Source of the DNA: an uncultured Gammaproteobacteria bacterium
GTDB taxonomy: Bacteria > Patescibacteriota > Microgenomatia > JALYQM01
Direction of reading: 5' to 3'
DNA length: 64,000 bases
Assembly (NCBI GenBank): GCA_964535655.1
Contig: CAZHTP010000003.1
Location: 131,396 to 195,395 of the forward strand
In this document: in pieces, positions 21,614 through 31,450 of the stretch
How the letters are laid out: each line of letters starts with the position of its first letter
Numbering within the stretch: the stretch's first letter is position 1
Program-made: the position numbers and the translations under genes
Notes under the pieces: model-generated
The model's database searches: none
The model's input: only the letters and a program-made list of their open reading frames with translations
What the model was told of the DNA's origin: nothing

Positions 21614-22962
21614 AAAGCTTTCTTACGCATTGAAAAATAGAATTGTATTGTTAGGAGCATGTATATTACTACACAACTGCCTAATACTAGTATAGAGACA
21701 GTAATTAACTGCGTAATGGTTTGATGAAAGAAGAAAATTCCAACGGCTTGAATAATTGCGGCGACCATAACCATCCCGGCTGTTTTGTTTTTTCCAACAG
21801 ATAAGAAGAAAAATGAAAAAACATTAAGCAGTGCGTAAAATAATTGCGAAATACTAAACATGCCTACATAGGGAACTGCATCAATGAATTTCTGGCCAAA
21901 GAGCATGGATATAACTAGTTTCGGGAACAGTATGTATATGGTTGTCACAAACCCTGCCCCAGCAGTCACTACTCCTAATACAACTGCAAATAATGGTAGA
22001 AAATTTTTCTTCTGAGCAACTCTTTGTACAATTTGAGGAAACATTACAATAACCAATGGTTGCGTAAAGAAAGGGATAACTTTACAAGTTATGGCTAAAG
22101 ATGAATATAAGCCTGCTTCAAATGGTGATAAGAAGGATTTAGCTAAAATTACATCGACTTGTACAAGGCTTCCCAATCCCCAAGCATTTAAGGTTGAAAA
22201 CAAAGCAAAGACTAACAATTCTCTATCAATTTTGAACGATTTGGTGGGATCAACGTAGGGCACGAAAAGATATCGCAAGAAATTTTTAGACTTTTTGATG
22301 AACTGGCTCGAATTTAGGCTTGTTTGATGGACGATGTTATCGATTGCCACCCATGATAGAGTTATAACCGCAAAAGATGAAAGTATCATTGCGATTAATA
22401 CGCCATTAACTCTTAACCCTAGCATGATAAGGGTTATTGCAAGAATGATTCTTGATGTTACCAAAATTCCAGCATATACACTGGCTGTGGCAAATCGTTG
22501 TAAGCCGGTAAATGCTCCATTTAATAGTGTTTGAGGAAATGTTGTTGCAAAGATAATACTTATTAAGATTAGCGACCAGAAATCTTTTAGTTTTAAATTA
22601 CTTAGTATCTGATTTTGAAATAAAACAAGAATACACAAAAAAATCGCTGAAAATATCAGTGAATACTTTGTCATTATTATGAGGAGTGGCTTTATTTTTT
22701 GTAACTCACCTTTTGATGAATATAGTGCTACATATTTTGTAACCAGCGTTGCTAAAACATTTGATGGTACTGAGGATAAATATAAAATCGAGACGAGTGC
22801 TAAATATTCACCATACCCCACTACTCCTAACATCCTGCCAATAATGACATTAAAGATATAACTAAGAACATTTACGCCGAACGCTCCCACGAATGCGACT
22901 GCGCTCCCCTGAAAAAAAGGGTGTTTAACAATTTTAACTACCGATTCTTTGGAGAGATTCAT
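21610..22962 (-). CDS. wzx: Oligosaccharide flippase (Wzx/MATE-like)
   Basis: About 12 TM helices; GRMLGVVGYGEY, VDVILAK..EAGLYSSL; located in glycan cluster. Confidence 0.85.
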   Translation of the reverse strand: MNLSKESVVKIVKHPFFQGSAVAFVGAFGVNVLSYIFNVIIGRMLGVVGYGEYLALVSILYLSSVPSNVLATLVTKYVALYSSKGELQKIKPLLIIMTKYSLIFSAIFLCILVLFQNQILSNLKLKDFWSLILISIIFATTFPQTLLNGAFTGLQRFATASVYAGILVTSRIILAITLIMLGLRVNGVLIAMILSSFAVITLSWVAIDNIVHQTSLNSSQFIKKSKNFLRYLFVPYVDPTKSFKIDRELLVFALFSTLNAWGLGSLVQVDVILAKSFLSPFEAGLYSSLAITCKVIPFFTQPLVIVMFPQIVQRVAQKKNFLPLFAVVLGVVTAGAGFVTTIYILFPKLVISMLFGQKFIDAVPYVGMFSISQLFYALLNVFSFFFLSVGKNKTAGMVMVAAIIQAVGIFFFHQTITQLITVSILVLGSCVVIYMLLTIQFYFSMRKKAL

Positions 22963-23995
22963 ACACTGAAACCGTTTCCTGTGTCATTTTTACCAATGAG
23001 AATTTCTTAGATTGCTCAAGACTTTTTTCTTGTAATGCTTTATAGGCTGCTAGATCTAGTTCAAACATTTTTTCAATTGCTTCTGCTGTTTCGTTTATAT
23101 CATATGGATTAACAAGAATACCCGAATTACCAACTATTTCTGGCTGGCTTCCCGTATTACCTGCAATTACCGGTGTACCACAGCTCATTGACTCTAGCGC
23201 AGTTAAGCCAAATCCTTCATATAAAGAATTATGCATAGTTGCCCGAGCTAAGGTATATAGGGATGACATATCTTCCGTTGGCACGAACCCTAATCTATGA
23301 ACTCTTTTACCCAGACTAAAATTTTGAATATCCTCAACTATTTCTTGTAGCTCTGGAATTAAGGGAGCACTTTGATCAAGTGCTCTTCCAACGAGTACTA
23401 GATGAAATTCTGGATTTGTCCTCGTAAGAGCATCGAATAAGGCGTGAAAGTTTTTGTGTTTATTGATGTCTCCCACGCGAATAATATATTTTTCGGGCAA
23501 GTTATATTTTTTCTTTATTTCTTGGAGTTTATCGGCATTTTTCTCACGATGATACACAGGGTCGCAGGCGAGATAGACTGTTTCTATTTTTTCTTTTAGT
23601 ATTCCAAGATGTTTAGAGATATCGTTTTTTGAACACTCCGAATCGGTGATTATTTTGTCTACTTTTTTAAGATTTCTTTTTTGAAAATGCAGTTTTATTT
23701 TTCCCTTAACACCAGGTGGAAATAACTTTGGTAACACGAGTGGTGTAACATCGTGCACGGTCACAACAACTGGAGTGTTTTTCCTTTCTGGTAAGGTGCG
23801 GAAAAAAAGATCGAAAAATGGATAATGAATAATATCCGGTGAGATTTTATTTAGCTCGGATTCATTTTTAACTTGAAGATATTCATTACCATCATGTAGA
23901 TTTTTCAAACCTTCAACTAATTGCCTTGTGTACATGCCTACCCCTCTTGCTGCATTAGCATTGTGTAATGGTGACGTGTCTATTGCGACTTTCAT
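22934..23995 (-). CDS. Glycosyltransferase family 4 (mannosyltransferase-like)
   Basis: Likely start MKVAID (ATG 23995, 6 nt after TATAAT); RGVGMY, TVHD, YEGFGLTALESMSCG. Confidence 0.93.
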   Translation of the reverse strand: MKVAIDTSPLHNANAARGVGMYTRQLVEGLKNLHDGNEYLQVKNESELNKISPDIIHYPFFDLFFRTLPERKNTPVVVTVHDVTPLVLPKLFPPGVKGKIKLHFQKRNLKKVDKIITDSECSKNDISKHLGILKEKIETVYLACDPVYHREKNADKLQEIKKKYNLPEKYIIRVGDINKHKNFHALFDALTRTNPEFHLVLVGRALDQSAPLIPELQEIVEDIQNFSLGKRVHRLGFVPTEDMSSLYTLARATMHNSLYEGFGLTALESMSCGTPVIAGNTGSQPEIVGNSGILVNPYDINETAEAIEKMFELDLAAYKALQEKSLEQSKKFSLVKMTQETVSVYESLQRIGS

Positions 23996-24041
23996 AGAGC
24001 AATTATACATAATTGCGCCGATTTGATACAATTTTCCTGCT

Positions 24042-24977
24042 ATGAAAGATACTAAAGATATTGGGTTAACGGTTGCCCTTGCTGTTTTCAATGAAGAAAA
24101 TACTCTACAGGAATGCCTTGAATCCATAAAATCGATTGCAGATGAAATTGTAATTATAGATGGCGGTAGCACGGATAATACTATTGATATAGCTAAATCT
24201 TTTAATGCTGTTATTATTCAAACAGATAATCCAGCTGTTTTTCATATAAACAAGCAGAAATCTCTTGGCGCTTCGCACGGAAAATGGATTCTTCAACTGG
24301 ATGCTGATGAGCGAGTTTCACCTGAGTTGGCAAAAGAGATCCGTAAGATTGTTGAGAGTAGTGATTCTGAACTTGAGAATCATGATGTAGATGCAACGCG
24401 ATACGAAATGCTTAAGAAGCATATGGAGCTCCTTGCTGCTCGGGAAGGGGCGATCGGAACAGATGAAGGCCCGATTGTTGCCTTTTTTATTCCGCGTAAA
24501 AATTATTTCCTGGGCAGGTTTTTAATGCATGGTGGAGTATACCCGGATGGAACAATACGGCTGGTACGAAACGGAAAAGCAAAATACGGATTAAAAGATG
24601 TTCATGATCAAATGATCATTGATGGACAAGTTTCATTTTTGTCTAACAATTTAATTCACATGGCTGATCCTACTTTTGAACGGTATTTGACTCGATCAAA
24701 TAGATATACCGGCTTACAAGCAAAGCAATGGTTGGAGAATGTTGGTAAGAACGGCACTCATGGAGTGCTCGGTCCCAATGCTTCAGCTCCAGGAACTTCA
24801 TTTTTATCCATTTTTAAATATATGGTTGTTTTGCCTAAAATAACATTTTTATCTCTCTATTTCCGTCACCGGGGATACCGAGATGGCTTCCCTGGTTTTA
24901 TATGGGCGCTTTACTCGGCTTTGCATATTGCTTCCAGTTATGTTAAGTATTGGGAAATGCGAAGACGCGTTAACTAG
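24042..24977 (+). CDS. Glycosyltransferase family 2 (beta-1,4-glucosyltransferase/WaaE-like)
   Basis: VFNEE, IDGGSTD, WILQLDADE, YPD..IRL, VHDQ, GYRDG. Confidence 0.92.
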   Translation: MKDTKDIGLTVALAVFNEENTLQECLESIKSIADEIVIIDGGSTDNTIDIAKSFNAVIIQTDNPAVFHINKQKSLGASHGKWILQLDADERVSPELAKEIRKIVESSDSELENHDVDATRYEMLKKHMELLAAREGAIGTDEGPIVAFFIPRKNYFLGRFLMHGGVYPDGTIRLVRNGKAKYGLKDVHDQMIIDGQVSFLSNNLIHMADPTFERYLTRSNRYTGLQAKQWLENVGKNGTHGVLGPNASAPGTSFLSIFKYMVVLPKITFLSLYFRHRGYRDGFPGFIWALYSALHIASSYVKYWEMRRRVN

Positions 24978-24993
24978 TTAGATTCCACCTGAA

Positions 24994-25002
24994 TGATATA
25001 AT
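24994..25002 (+). promoter_or_regulatory. Extended -10 promoter for tRNA-Arg
   Basis: TGaTATAAT ending 11 nt upstream of the tRNA 5' end. Confidence 0.6.
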
Positions 25003-25013
25003 GACGCATAGAT

Positions 25014-25085
25014 GTCCCCGTAGCTCAATGGATAGAGCAAGGGTTTCCTAAACCCTAGATGCAGGTTCGATTCCTACCGGGGATA
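25014..25085 (+). tRNA. tRNA-Arg(CCT); CCA not encoded
   Basis: GTCCCCG/CGGGGAT acceptor stem, GCTC/GAGC D-stem, AGGGT-TTCCTAA-ACCCT anticodon arm, GCAGG-TTCGATT-CCTAC T-arm. Confidence 0.95.
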
Positions 25086-25088
25086 CAT

Positions 25089-25120
25089 AAAAAAGATCCC
25101 ATTTTAGTGGGATCTTTTTT
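25089..25120. terminator. Bidirectional intrinsic terminator between tRNA-Arg and the convergent lipoprotein gene
   Basis: AAAAAAGATCCCA-ttttag-TGGGATCTTTTTT. Confidence 0.88.
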
Positions 25121-25136
25121 ATTATGACAATTATTG

Positions 25137-25688
25137 TTATTGCTTCATTACACCGGTTGAGGCTTTAGGTGCAGCTGACATCATAGCGCTACCCTTGGTG
25201 GCAGTTGACCAATCTAAATTTCCGCAGGAAACATATGTCTTTAGATCGGAACCTGATTTATGGATATTAATTGCTAAGGCCCCCATATCCTTTAAGGCAC
25301 TAACAGTAACCTCTGAAGGTAAGGTTGTTTCAGACTTTCCATTAACAACGTTTGTTAGCGTGTATTTAACATCACCGGGAGTTGGACATGAACCAGTGTG
25401 AATATGGGCTGGCTCTGCTGTAGTGACACCTCCTTCGACATTGAGGGTAACTTTGATTTTTCCATCGACCTCTTCTAGCGTTGCGGTTCCATCTTGTTTG
25501 GAGCTGTTAAGTGCTGCTAGCTTGAATGATAACGGACCAATAGTTAGCGTCTCTGTAGGTGATGCTTCGACCATTGCTGAGGCTACTGGCGTCGTTGAAG
25601 TAACAGGCTGATCGGTACTGGTTGCTTTTTTTTGTGTGCATGCTGTAAGAAGTAAAACTGCAATTGCGATTAGGGCAATCTTTTTCAT
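25137..25688 (-). CDS. Lipoprotein with CHRD/Cu-Zn SOD-like domain
   Basis: Lipobox LLTAC; PAHIHTGSC, AINIHKS, YVSCGNL; has an SD (AAAGGA). Confidence 0.75.
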   Translation of the reverse strand: MKKIALIAIAVLLLTACTQKKATSTDQPVTSTTPVASAMVEASPTETLTIGPLSFKLAALNSSKQDGTATLEEVDGKIKVTLNVEGGVTTAEPAHIHTGSCPTPGDVKYTLTNVVNGKSETTLPSEVTVSALKDMGALAINIHKSGSDLKTYVSCGNLDWSTATKGSAMMSAAPKASTGVMKQ

Positions 25689-25754
25689 GGTAGTTTCCTT
25701 TCGATTACTGATAGTAGTTACACTATATCAAGTGTTTTTTTATATAGCAAGACA

Positions 25755-27266
25755 CTATACTTTTTTTACTTCATGATAGGCACGATCGGTGTTAATATTT
25801 TCGAGATCATACTTTTCTCCCATAATATTTCTTGCGGCATAAAGCCCCATTTGAATGGAATGATCGGAATTATTATATTTAAAGGTTCCATTGCGGCCGA
25901 TAATTTGAAGATTCTTAAATCCCTTTAAATATTCTTTTATTTTTACAACTTTTTCTTTATAACCAATATCATAGACTGGGTATTCTTTTGGGACACGATG
26001 AACATATGAACCGACAATATTTTCTTTCTCAAAATAATGGAATTCATTAATATAATTAGTGGCAACCATTTCAACCAATTCATCGTCAGTCTTGTTCCAG
26101 GTTGTGTCGCCTTCTTGGCATGCTAACTCAAAAACGATGGACGTTGTACCTGCTGGGGATAGTCCTTCTGTCCAGGAATCCATCTCCATTAGACGGACAA
26201 AAATAAGTTTTGAATCCTGGGTATAAACCCAATTATCTGGTGTGAAGTGAGCTTTATTTATCATTAAGGTAACTTGCACTTCGTCTCGGAAAGACAGGCC
26301 GTGGGCCGCTTCTGTAACATCTTTGGGAGCTGGTGGATCCATTCTGATTACTAGTTCTGTAATAGGTATACTGGAGATGCAGTACTCCGGCTGAATTCTT
26401 GTCACACTATTTTCCTCGTTGTGGTTACTTGGAATAGCTTTATTACTTATTGTGATATTTTTATCGTGAATGTCACTTGCGTCTGTTGATGTAAGCGTGA
26501 TCGCAGATATGATTCTTTCTCCATTACTTTCTGACCATTCAATTTTTGTAACATCTTTTGATAATAAAATATTATTATCGGGTTTTGCGAGAATATCTTC
26601 TTCCATTTTTTCTGCTATTCGCCCAAACCCAGTTTTAGGGTATATAAATTTATCTATTAAACTAATCACATTTTTTGATTTAACAATTGAATCCTTAACG
26701 GCAGACCAAATGGAAAGTCCTTTCGATCTTTGCGATGCCCAATCTCCGGAGAGCTCAGTCGTTTTTCTTCCCCATAATTTTTCAGTGTAGAAATGGAAAA
26801 ATTCGTAATATAGTTTATATCCAAATTGATTAATGTACGCATCGGCGATGTTATTGACTTCTTTTTTGCGTAATCCGGTTTTTAATTGAATGCGTATCCA
26901 GGCATAGGATGAAATGGCCCAGATTGCGTTAAAAATCCCAAGATTACCTAACGCATTAAGCGGTTTTAAGGGGTAATAATAATATTTTCCTTTGTAATAA
27001 ATTCTAGTTAATCTGTTAACGTCGACCAGCTCTTCGTTTAGCAAATCTTTAAGCCAATTATTAATTTCATCAGATTTGGTAAACCAGCGATGCGGGCCTG
27101 AGTCAAATGAATAGCCGTCTTTTTTTAAAGTAACGGCTAACCCTCCAACATAGGGATTCTTTTCAGCTAAAATGACTTTTTTGTTGGACTTTTTTGTTAC
27201 TTCGTGCCCTGCAGCGAGTCCGGCCAGACCTGCTCCTAATATCAATACATCAGTTTTTTGTTCCAT
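25755..27266 (-). CDS. FAD-dependent oxidoreductase (UDP-galactopyranose mutase/protoporphyrinogen oxidase-like family)
   Basis: GAGLAGLAAG, VGGLA, FDSGPHRWF, EYPVYDIGY, IGRNGTFKYNNSDHS. Confidence 0.85.
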   Translation of the reverse strand: MEQKTDVLILGAGLAGLAAGHEVTKKSNKKVILAEKNPYVGGLAVTLKKDGYSFDSGPHRWFTKSDEINNWLKDLLNEELVDVNRLTRIYYKGKYYYYPLKPLNALGNLGIFNAIWAISSYAWIRIQLKTGLRKKEVNNIADAYINQFGYKLYYEFFHFYTEKLWGRKTTELSGDWASQRSKGLSIWSAVKDSIVKSKNVISLIDKFIYPKTGFGRIAEKMEEDILAKPDNNILLSKDVTKIEWSESNGERIISAITLTSTDASDIHDKNITISNKAIPSNHNEENSVTRIQPEYCISSIPITELVIRMDPPAPKDVTEAAHGLSFRDEVQVTLMINKAHFTPDNWVYTQDSKLIFVRLMEMDSWTEGLSPAGTTSIVFELACQEGDTTWNKTDDELVEMVATNYINEFHYFEKENIVGSYVHRVPKEYPVYDIGYKEKVVKIKEYLKGFKNLQIIGRNGTFKYNNSDHSIQMGLYAARNIMGEKYDLENINTDRAYHEVKKV

Positions 27267-27311
27267 AGATTTTTAATGAAGATAAACTTGATACATATTA
27301 ACAAATAGCTT

Positions 27312-28928
27312 TTAGTATTGCGAGCCGATAATTCTAAAGACATCGGTCTTATTATCTGGTGTCCTGATTGTTTTAATACCTGGTTCACCTTCAGGAATTT
27401 CTAAATTTCCTCCTACTAACAAGGTTTTGTGAAGCAACCGATCCTGGGACCAATTTACCTTGCGAAATTCATATTTATCAAAGCCTTTATTGTACTCTCC
27501 GTTGTTTACCCATATTTTTGGATCATATTTTTTATAGTATAGAAAATAAATGTATGGTTGATCGTACGCAGGAGTAATAATCACTTTATCGTAATGAGGT
27601 TCAAGCATTGATACCGTTTTAACTAACTCACGATAACCCGTTTGCCATTCAAGCGCATATTCAAAATCCATTTGGGTGTAATACTGATTAAAATAATATA
27701 TGAGATTTATGCTATAGAGAATCAGGATTACAGCGATGGGATACACCATTTGTATTTTTTTATTTCGAACGTATTGAACTAATGCAAAGATTCCCACAGC
27801 AACAGCAATCTGCGGTATTGGTAAAAAAAGAATGCTGCGGATTGCGTGTGGAGTGCCTGTTGATATTGCTGCCGGAATTGGCGCAATGACCGCCCAAAAG
27901 AAATAGATAAATTTACTACTAAATTTGGCACGAATAAGCGCCATGATGCCGATAAGAATTAGCGGAAACTCAACTAAAAAGAATAAGCCAACATCGGGAG
28001 CATGGTGGCGTGCAACTACATCTCCTTTCAGGAACATATTGATCGGATTGAAATGATTTATATATCCTTCTGTAAATTCTTTAAGGTATTCAACTCGCCT
28101 GTTGTGTAAAAATGAATCCCAACGATTTAGTTGGTTATCCTGCCGTTCATATTCTAGCGGTCTTAATATTTCGGTGGACGGATTAAATATGCTTACTGAA
28201 GAGAATCTCTCGGCTGCTGTTCCGTGAAAGAGAACTACTACAAGCGGAAGAAGTATTATTATGCCAATCAAGGTTGGAATAATTATTTGTTTGGACCGCC
28301 TGAAAATTAATTTATGATATCTTAGCGCGATTCCTATAAGTACCAGTGGTACGATGAGACGCGCTGCGTGATAGGCATATAAAGAAGTGGCAAGAAGTAT
28401 TGCAGCTAAAGTAGCATCTCTCACTTTCTCAGATGAAAGCCACTTTAGTACGAAATACATTCCCCAGGTGACAAAAAAGACGGCAATATTTCCTTCAAAA
28501 GCAGCCCGGGAAAATTGCAGATGCCAAGGCGAAATGGCAAAAACTGACATTGAGAGTAACGCGATAGTTTCTTCGTGTGGAGAGAAACTCGATTTTCTAA
28601 AGAATTCGTAGGTAAGGAAATATACACCGAGAACTGTTAATGAACCAAAGAAAGCCGCAGGGAATCGAGTGCCGAATTCATTTAAGCCAAAAATTGCGGT
28701 GGGAATGATGTCTAGATAGGTATAGGCAGGCGGCTTGTAATCGTTGAATGAACGAATCGATAACGGCCAAGAATTGCCATACTCATCCGCTCCAGTTTGT
28801 AATAGTGTGTAGGCGTTGTAGCCAAGCGAGGCTTCGTCCCAATCAAGAGATGCGGGCACTGCCCCGAGTTTGTAAAAGCGCAGGAAAATGGCTAAGATGA
28901 AGATTGCACAGAATAAGTACTTTTTCAC
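27312..28928 (-). CDS. GT-C membrane glycosyltransferase (PMT/ArnT-like)
   Basis: LRFYKL..DWDEASLGYNAY..TGADEYG..SFNDYKPP, ISPWHLQFSR..FE. Confidence 0.88.
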   Translation of the reverse strand: MKKYLFCAIFILAIFLRFYKLGAVPASLDWDEASLGYNAYTLLQTGADEYGNSWPLSIRSFNDYKPPAYTYLDIIPTAIFGLNEFGTRFPAAFFGSLTVLGVYFLTYEFFRKSSFSPHEETIALLSMSVFAISPWHLQFSRAAFEGNIAVFFVTWGMYFVLKWLSSEKVRDATLAAILLATSLYAYHAARLIVPLVLIGIALRYHKLIFRRSKQIIIPTLIGIIILLPLVVVLFHGTAAERFSSVSIFNPSTEILRPLEYERQDNQLNRWDSFLHNRRVEYLKEFTEGYINHFNPINMFLKGDVVARHHAPDVGLFFLVEFPLILIGIMALIRAKFSSKFIYFFWAVIAPIPAAISTGTPHAIRSILFLPIPQIAVAVGIFALVQYVRNKKIQMVYPIAVILILYSINLIYYFNQYYTQMDFEYALEWQTGYRELVKTVSMLEPHYDKVIITPAYDQPYIYFLYYKKYDPKIWVNNGEYNKGFDKYEFRKVNWSQDRLLHKTLLVGGNLEIPEGEPGIKTIRTPDNKTDVFRIIGSQY

Positions 28929-30868
28929 TTGTTTTGATTATACCGTATTTGATAGAGGAACAATCCCTTTTTTTCTAATTTGTCCGCAATAAAATTATCA
29001 CTATTTTTACAATCTATTTGTTTTTCGCTTAAAAGGTATTTTGCATCCAATTTCTGCATGGTTTTTGCCGCCTGGTCTATCTGACATTGATCAGTGTAAG
29101 AATAAAGTTGGTCCAGATTTGCGAGGCGCGCTTTTTCTATGCCTCCGGCATCAAAAGGGGTACTGCTTTTTTCGTAATACACACTTCGGGCGCTTAAAGC
29201 AGACACATACGGTGCATGCGGCCAAATAATCTTTCCGCCTGGATCACGATTTGGAAGAAATACGATAAATTGGGATGGATCTACTTTATGATTAATTTCG
29301 TTAAGAATATCTAATTGTGGATATGAAACAACAACTTCCGGTTCCTTTAGGCCATTATTGCTGAAATCCTGCGCATACCCGACGAGTCCAGGAACTAACG
29401 CAATACATATAATAATTACTCTGACCAAGATGGATCTGTTTTTCTCGAGGAAGCTACCGACAACTATTCCTGTCGGTATTGATAATAAGGCTACGGCAAG
29501 CCATAAAAATTGACCGATATCAAACACTCCCTGGGATTGAATGAAGAAAGAAGGGATGAGAAGTGCTGCGACGGTAGAACAGAATAGTAGAATTGCCGCG
29601 CTACTTTGATATAGTTTTTTCTTGTGTAATTCATTTATTCCTAGAAGTAAAAGCACTCGACTTCCGATACTTAATGCCCAAAATAAAGTGACTGCCTGCA
29701 GGTACAACAGTAAAAGTCGCGCAAGATTGTTGTGTTCAAGAAAGATTGTTTTTTTGATATACCAGTGCCAACTATCAAATTTGTCCTGAGCTATGAAATG
29801 CTCATAATAAAGCCCTGGCGCCCAGACAAGACTTCCCTGCCCCCAATTTGATGGGAGGTAGGTGATTGCAGTGATAAGGAAGGCTGTTACTGTTACTAAA
29901 AATAGATTATATGTACTCACTATTTTTCTCGTACAAACAAGCTGCCAAAGAATGAGTGTTCCCATCCCTATTAGTCCTATAATCCCGGCATAGACTTTGG
30001 TTTGAGCAATCACTCCTATGAGCAATCCAGCGATTACTGCTTTTCGTCGATTAGATTCTTCAGATAGTACTACTGCCCAACCAGTGAGTAAAAAACTAAT
30101 GGCGAGAAGCCAGGAGGGATTATGAATTAGCCCAAGTGGGTCGACCACTCCGGTATATAAAAGCACACTATCACTTATGAGAGGAATAAAACTTCGACCA
30201 AAATAGGCCACTACTAAAACCCATAGTTTTTGTTTCTGACTAATTCTGAGGATACCGCCCAATAAGTAGAATGAAGCGCCATAAAGAAGAGATGTAAATA
30301 GGGCGAAATGACGGAATAATAAATCTATTGGGTTAAAGCCAAAAAACAATGAGAAACGACTTAGGAGGAACGGGTAAAAGTAATGATATCCGCGCATTTC
30401 GATTCCAGCTAACCCAGGCCTGGTTGGTGGAAAATGGTTTGTCATATTTTGAATGTAGGCTAAGAGAATAAACCCATCAACACTGTTTGTACCAAAAAAT
30501 TGAAGTCCTTTTGATGAGTAACTGCCGCTTTGAAAATCGAGAAATAGAAAAGCTAGCGATCCGAGCAGAATTATAAAAAGAGATTTACGATCGAGTGTAA
30601 TAAAGTTAATTTTTACTCGGTAGAGTCTGTATTTTAAGAAAATGAGTAACGTAATAAAAAGTAGTACTAATGGCAATTTTGTAACACCTGCCCACGCACT
30701 GAGATATGAAACTAATGTAAATACTGCAACTCCGAAAACCCATGAAAGAATAAACGATGTGCATTCTGAATATTTGACTCTTAATACCCATATTAGTAAT
30801 TTTCCGGGAATATAGAAACTGAGGTAAGCGAAGAAAAAGAATTGAAGAAGCTGTAGAAAAAAAAGCAT
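28925..30868 (-). CDS. Polytopic membrane protein, probably GT-C fold
   Basis: More than 12 TM helices; DG....Y..NM, YHYFY, TKVY; C-terminal soluble domain; embedded among GT-C genes. Confidence 0.65.
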   Translation of the reverse strand: MLFFLQLLQFFFFAYLSFYIPGKLLIWVLRVKYSECTSFILSWVFGVAVFTLVSYLSAWAGVTKLPLVLLFITLLIFLKYRLYRVKINFITLDRKSLFIILLGSLAFLFLDFQSGSYSSKGLQFFGTNSVDGFILLAYIQNMTNHFPPTRPGLAGIEMRGYHYFYPFLLSRFSLFFGFNPIDLLFRHFALFTSLLYGASFYLLGGILRISQKQKLWVLVVAYFGRSFIPLISDSVLLYTGVVDPLGLIHNPSWLLAISFLLTGWAVVLSEESNRRKAVIAGLLIGVIAQTKVYAGIIGLIGMGTLILWQLVCTRKIVSTYNLFLVTVTAFLITAITYLPSNWGQGSLVWAPGLYYEHFIAQDKFDSWHWYIKKTIFLEHNNLARLLLLYLQAVTLFWALSIGSRVLLLLGINELHKKKLYQSSAAILLFCSTVAALLIPSFFIQSQGVFDIGQFLWLAVALLSIPTGIVVGSFLEKNRSILVRVIIICIALVPGLVGYAQDFSNNGLKEPEVVVSYPQLDILNEINHKVDPSQFIVFLPNRDPGGKIIWPHAPYVSALSARSVYYEKSSTPFDAGGIEKARLANLDQLYSYTDQCQIDQAAKTMQKLDAKYLLSEKQIDCKNSDNFIADKLEKKGLFLYQIRYNQNK

Positions 30869-30929
30869 TGTATGATTTACCCTTATTATTCCCTTACAAC
30901 TTGAAAAGTTATGAAAGTTGTGGATGTTA

Positions 30930-31439
30930 TTATATCTTTTTGTAACTATATTTACTTAAAATTGGCTCAAGATCTGCATAGGTTTTACCCTGAACCTGGG
31001 CAATAAATTTTTCCTGAGTTACGTCGACGAGACAAAAATCGGGCATTACAAATGTGTTTTTCTCTCGTTCGGTGGGAAATTCGCAATCGATCGAGACGAG
31101 CCCTTCTAGGGCGTCTTGGAACATATCTAATTCCATATTTAACCCATTATAGTTGTAAAAATATCTTATTTTGTGTAATTCTATACCTGGTAACTGCATT
31201 AGAACATTAAATTCATCCTCGTTAAGTTTGATAGTTTCTTCGATTTGAACTGAGGCATCTTCAGGATATTGTTGAGATTTTTTTGTTAGTTCGAATTTAT
31301 CGTCTTTCTTACGCAATCTTAATTTATGCGGAGAGGTGGTTTTGATGTATTTATCGTGAATATTTGTACGTTCGCATTCCTCGAGATTTTTAGGAAGATA
31401 TTTAGCCAAGTACGTTACTTCGATTTCAAGTTCGGACAT
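30930..31439 (-). CDS. CYTH/adenylate cyclase-like triphosphate tunnel metalloenzyme
   Basis: ELEIEVTYL (ExExK-like), KLRLRKK, KIRY, ELDMF, IDCEF. Confidence 0.85.
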   Translation of the reverse strand: MSELEIEVTYLAKYLPKNLEECERTNIHDKYIKTTSPHKLRLRKKDDKFELTKKSQQYPEDASVQIEETIKLNEDEFNVLMQLPGIELHKIRYFYNYNGLNMELDMFQDALEGLVSIDCEFPTEREKNTFVMPDFCLVDVTQEKFIAQVQGKTYADLEPILSKYSYKKI

Positions 31440-31450
31440 ATTTTTAATCT

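Noticed and set aside
23996-24172. N-terminal extension of the GT4 ORF in the ORF track
   Set aside because: Overlaps the divergent GT2 gene; the family start MKVAID has its own -10 box 6 nt upstream.
25014-25120. tRNA-Arg as the integration site of a genomic island
   Set aside because: No integrase and no duplicated tRNA 3' end noticed in the window.
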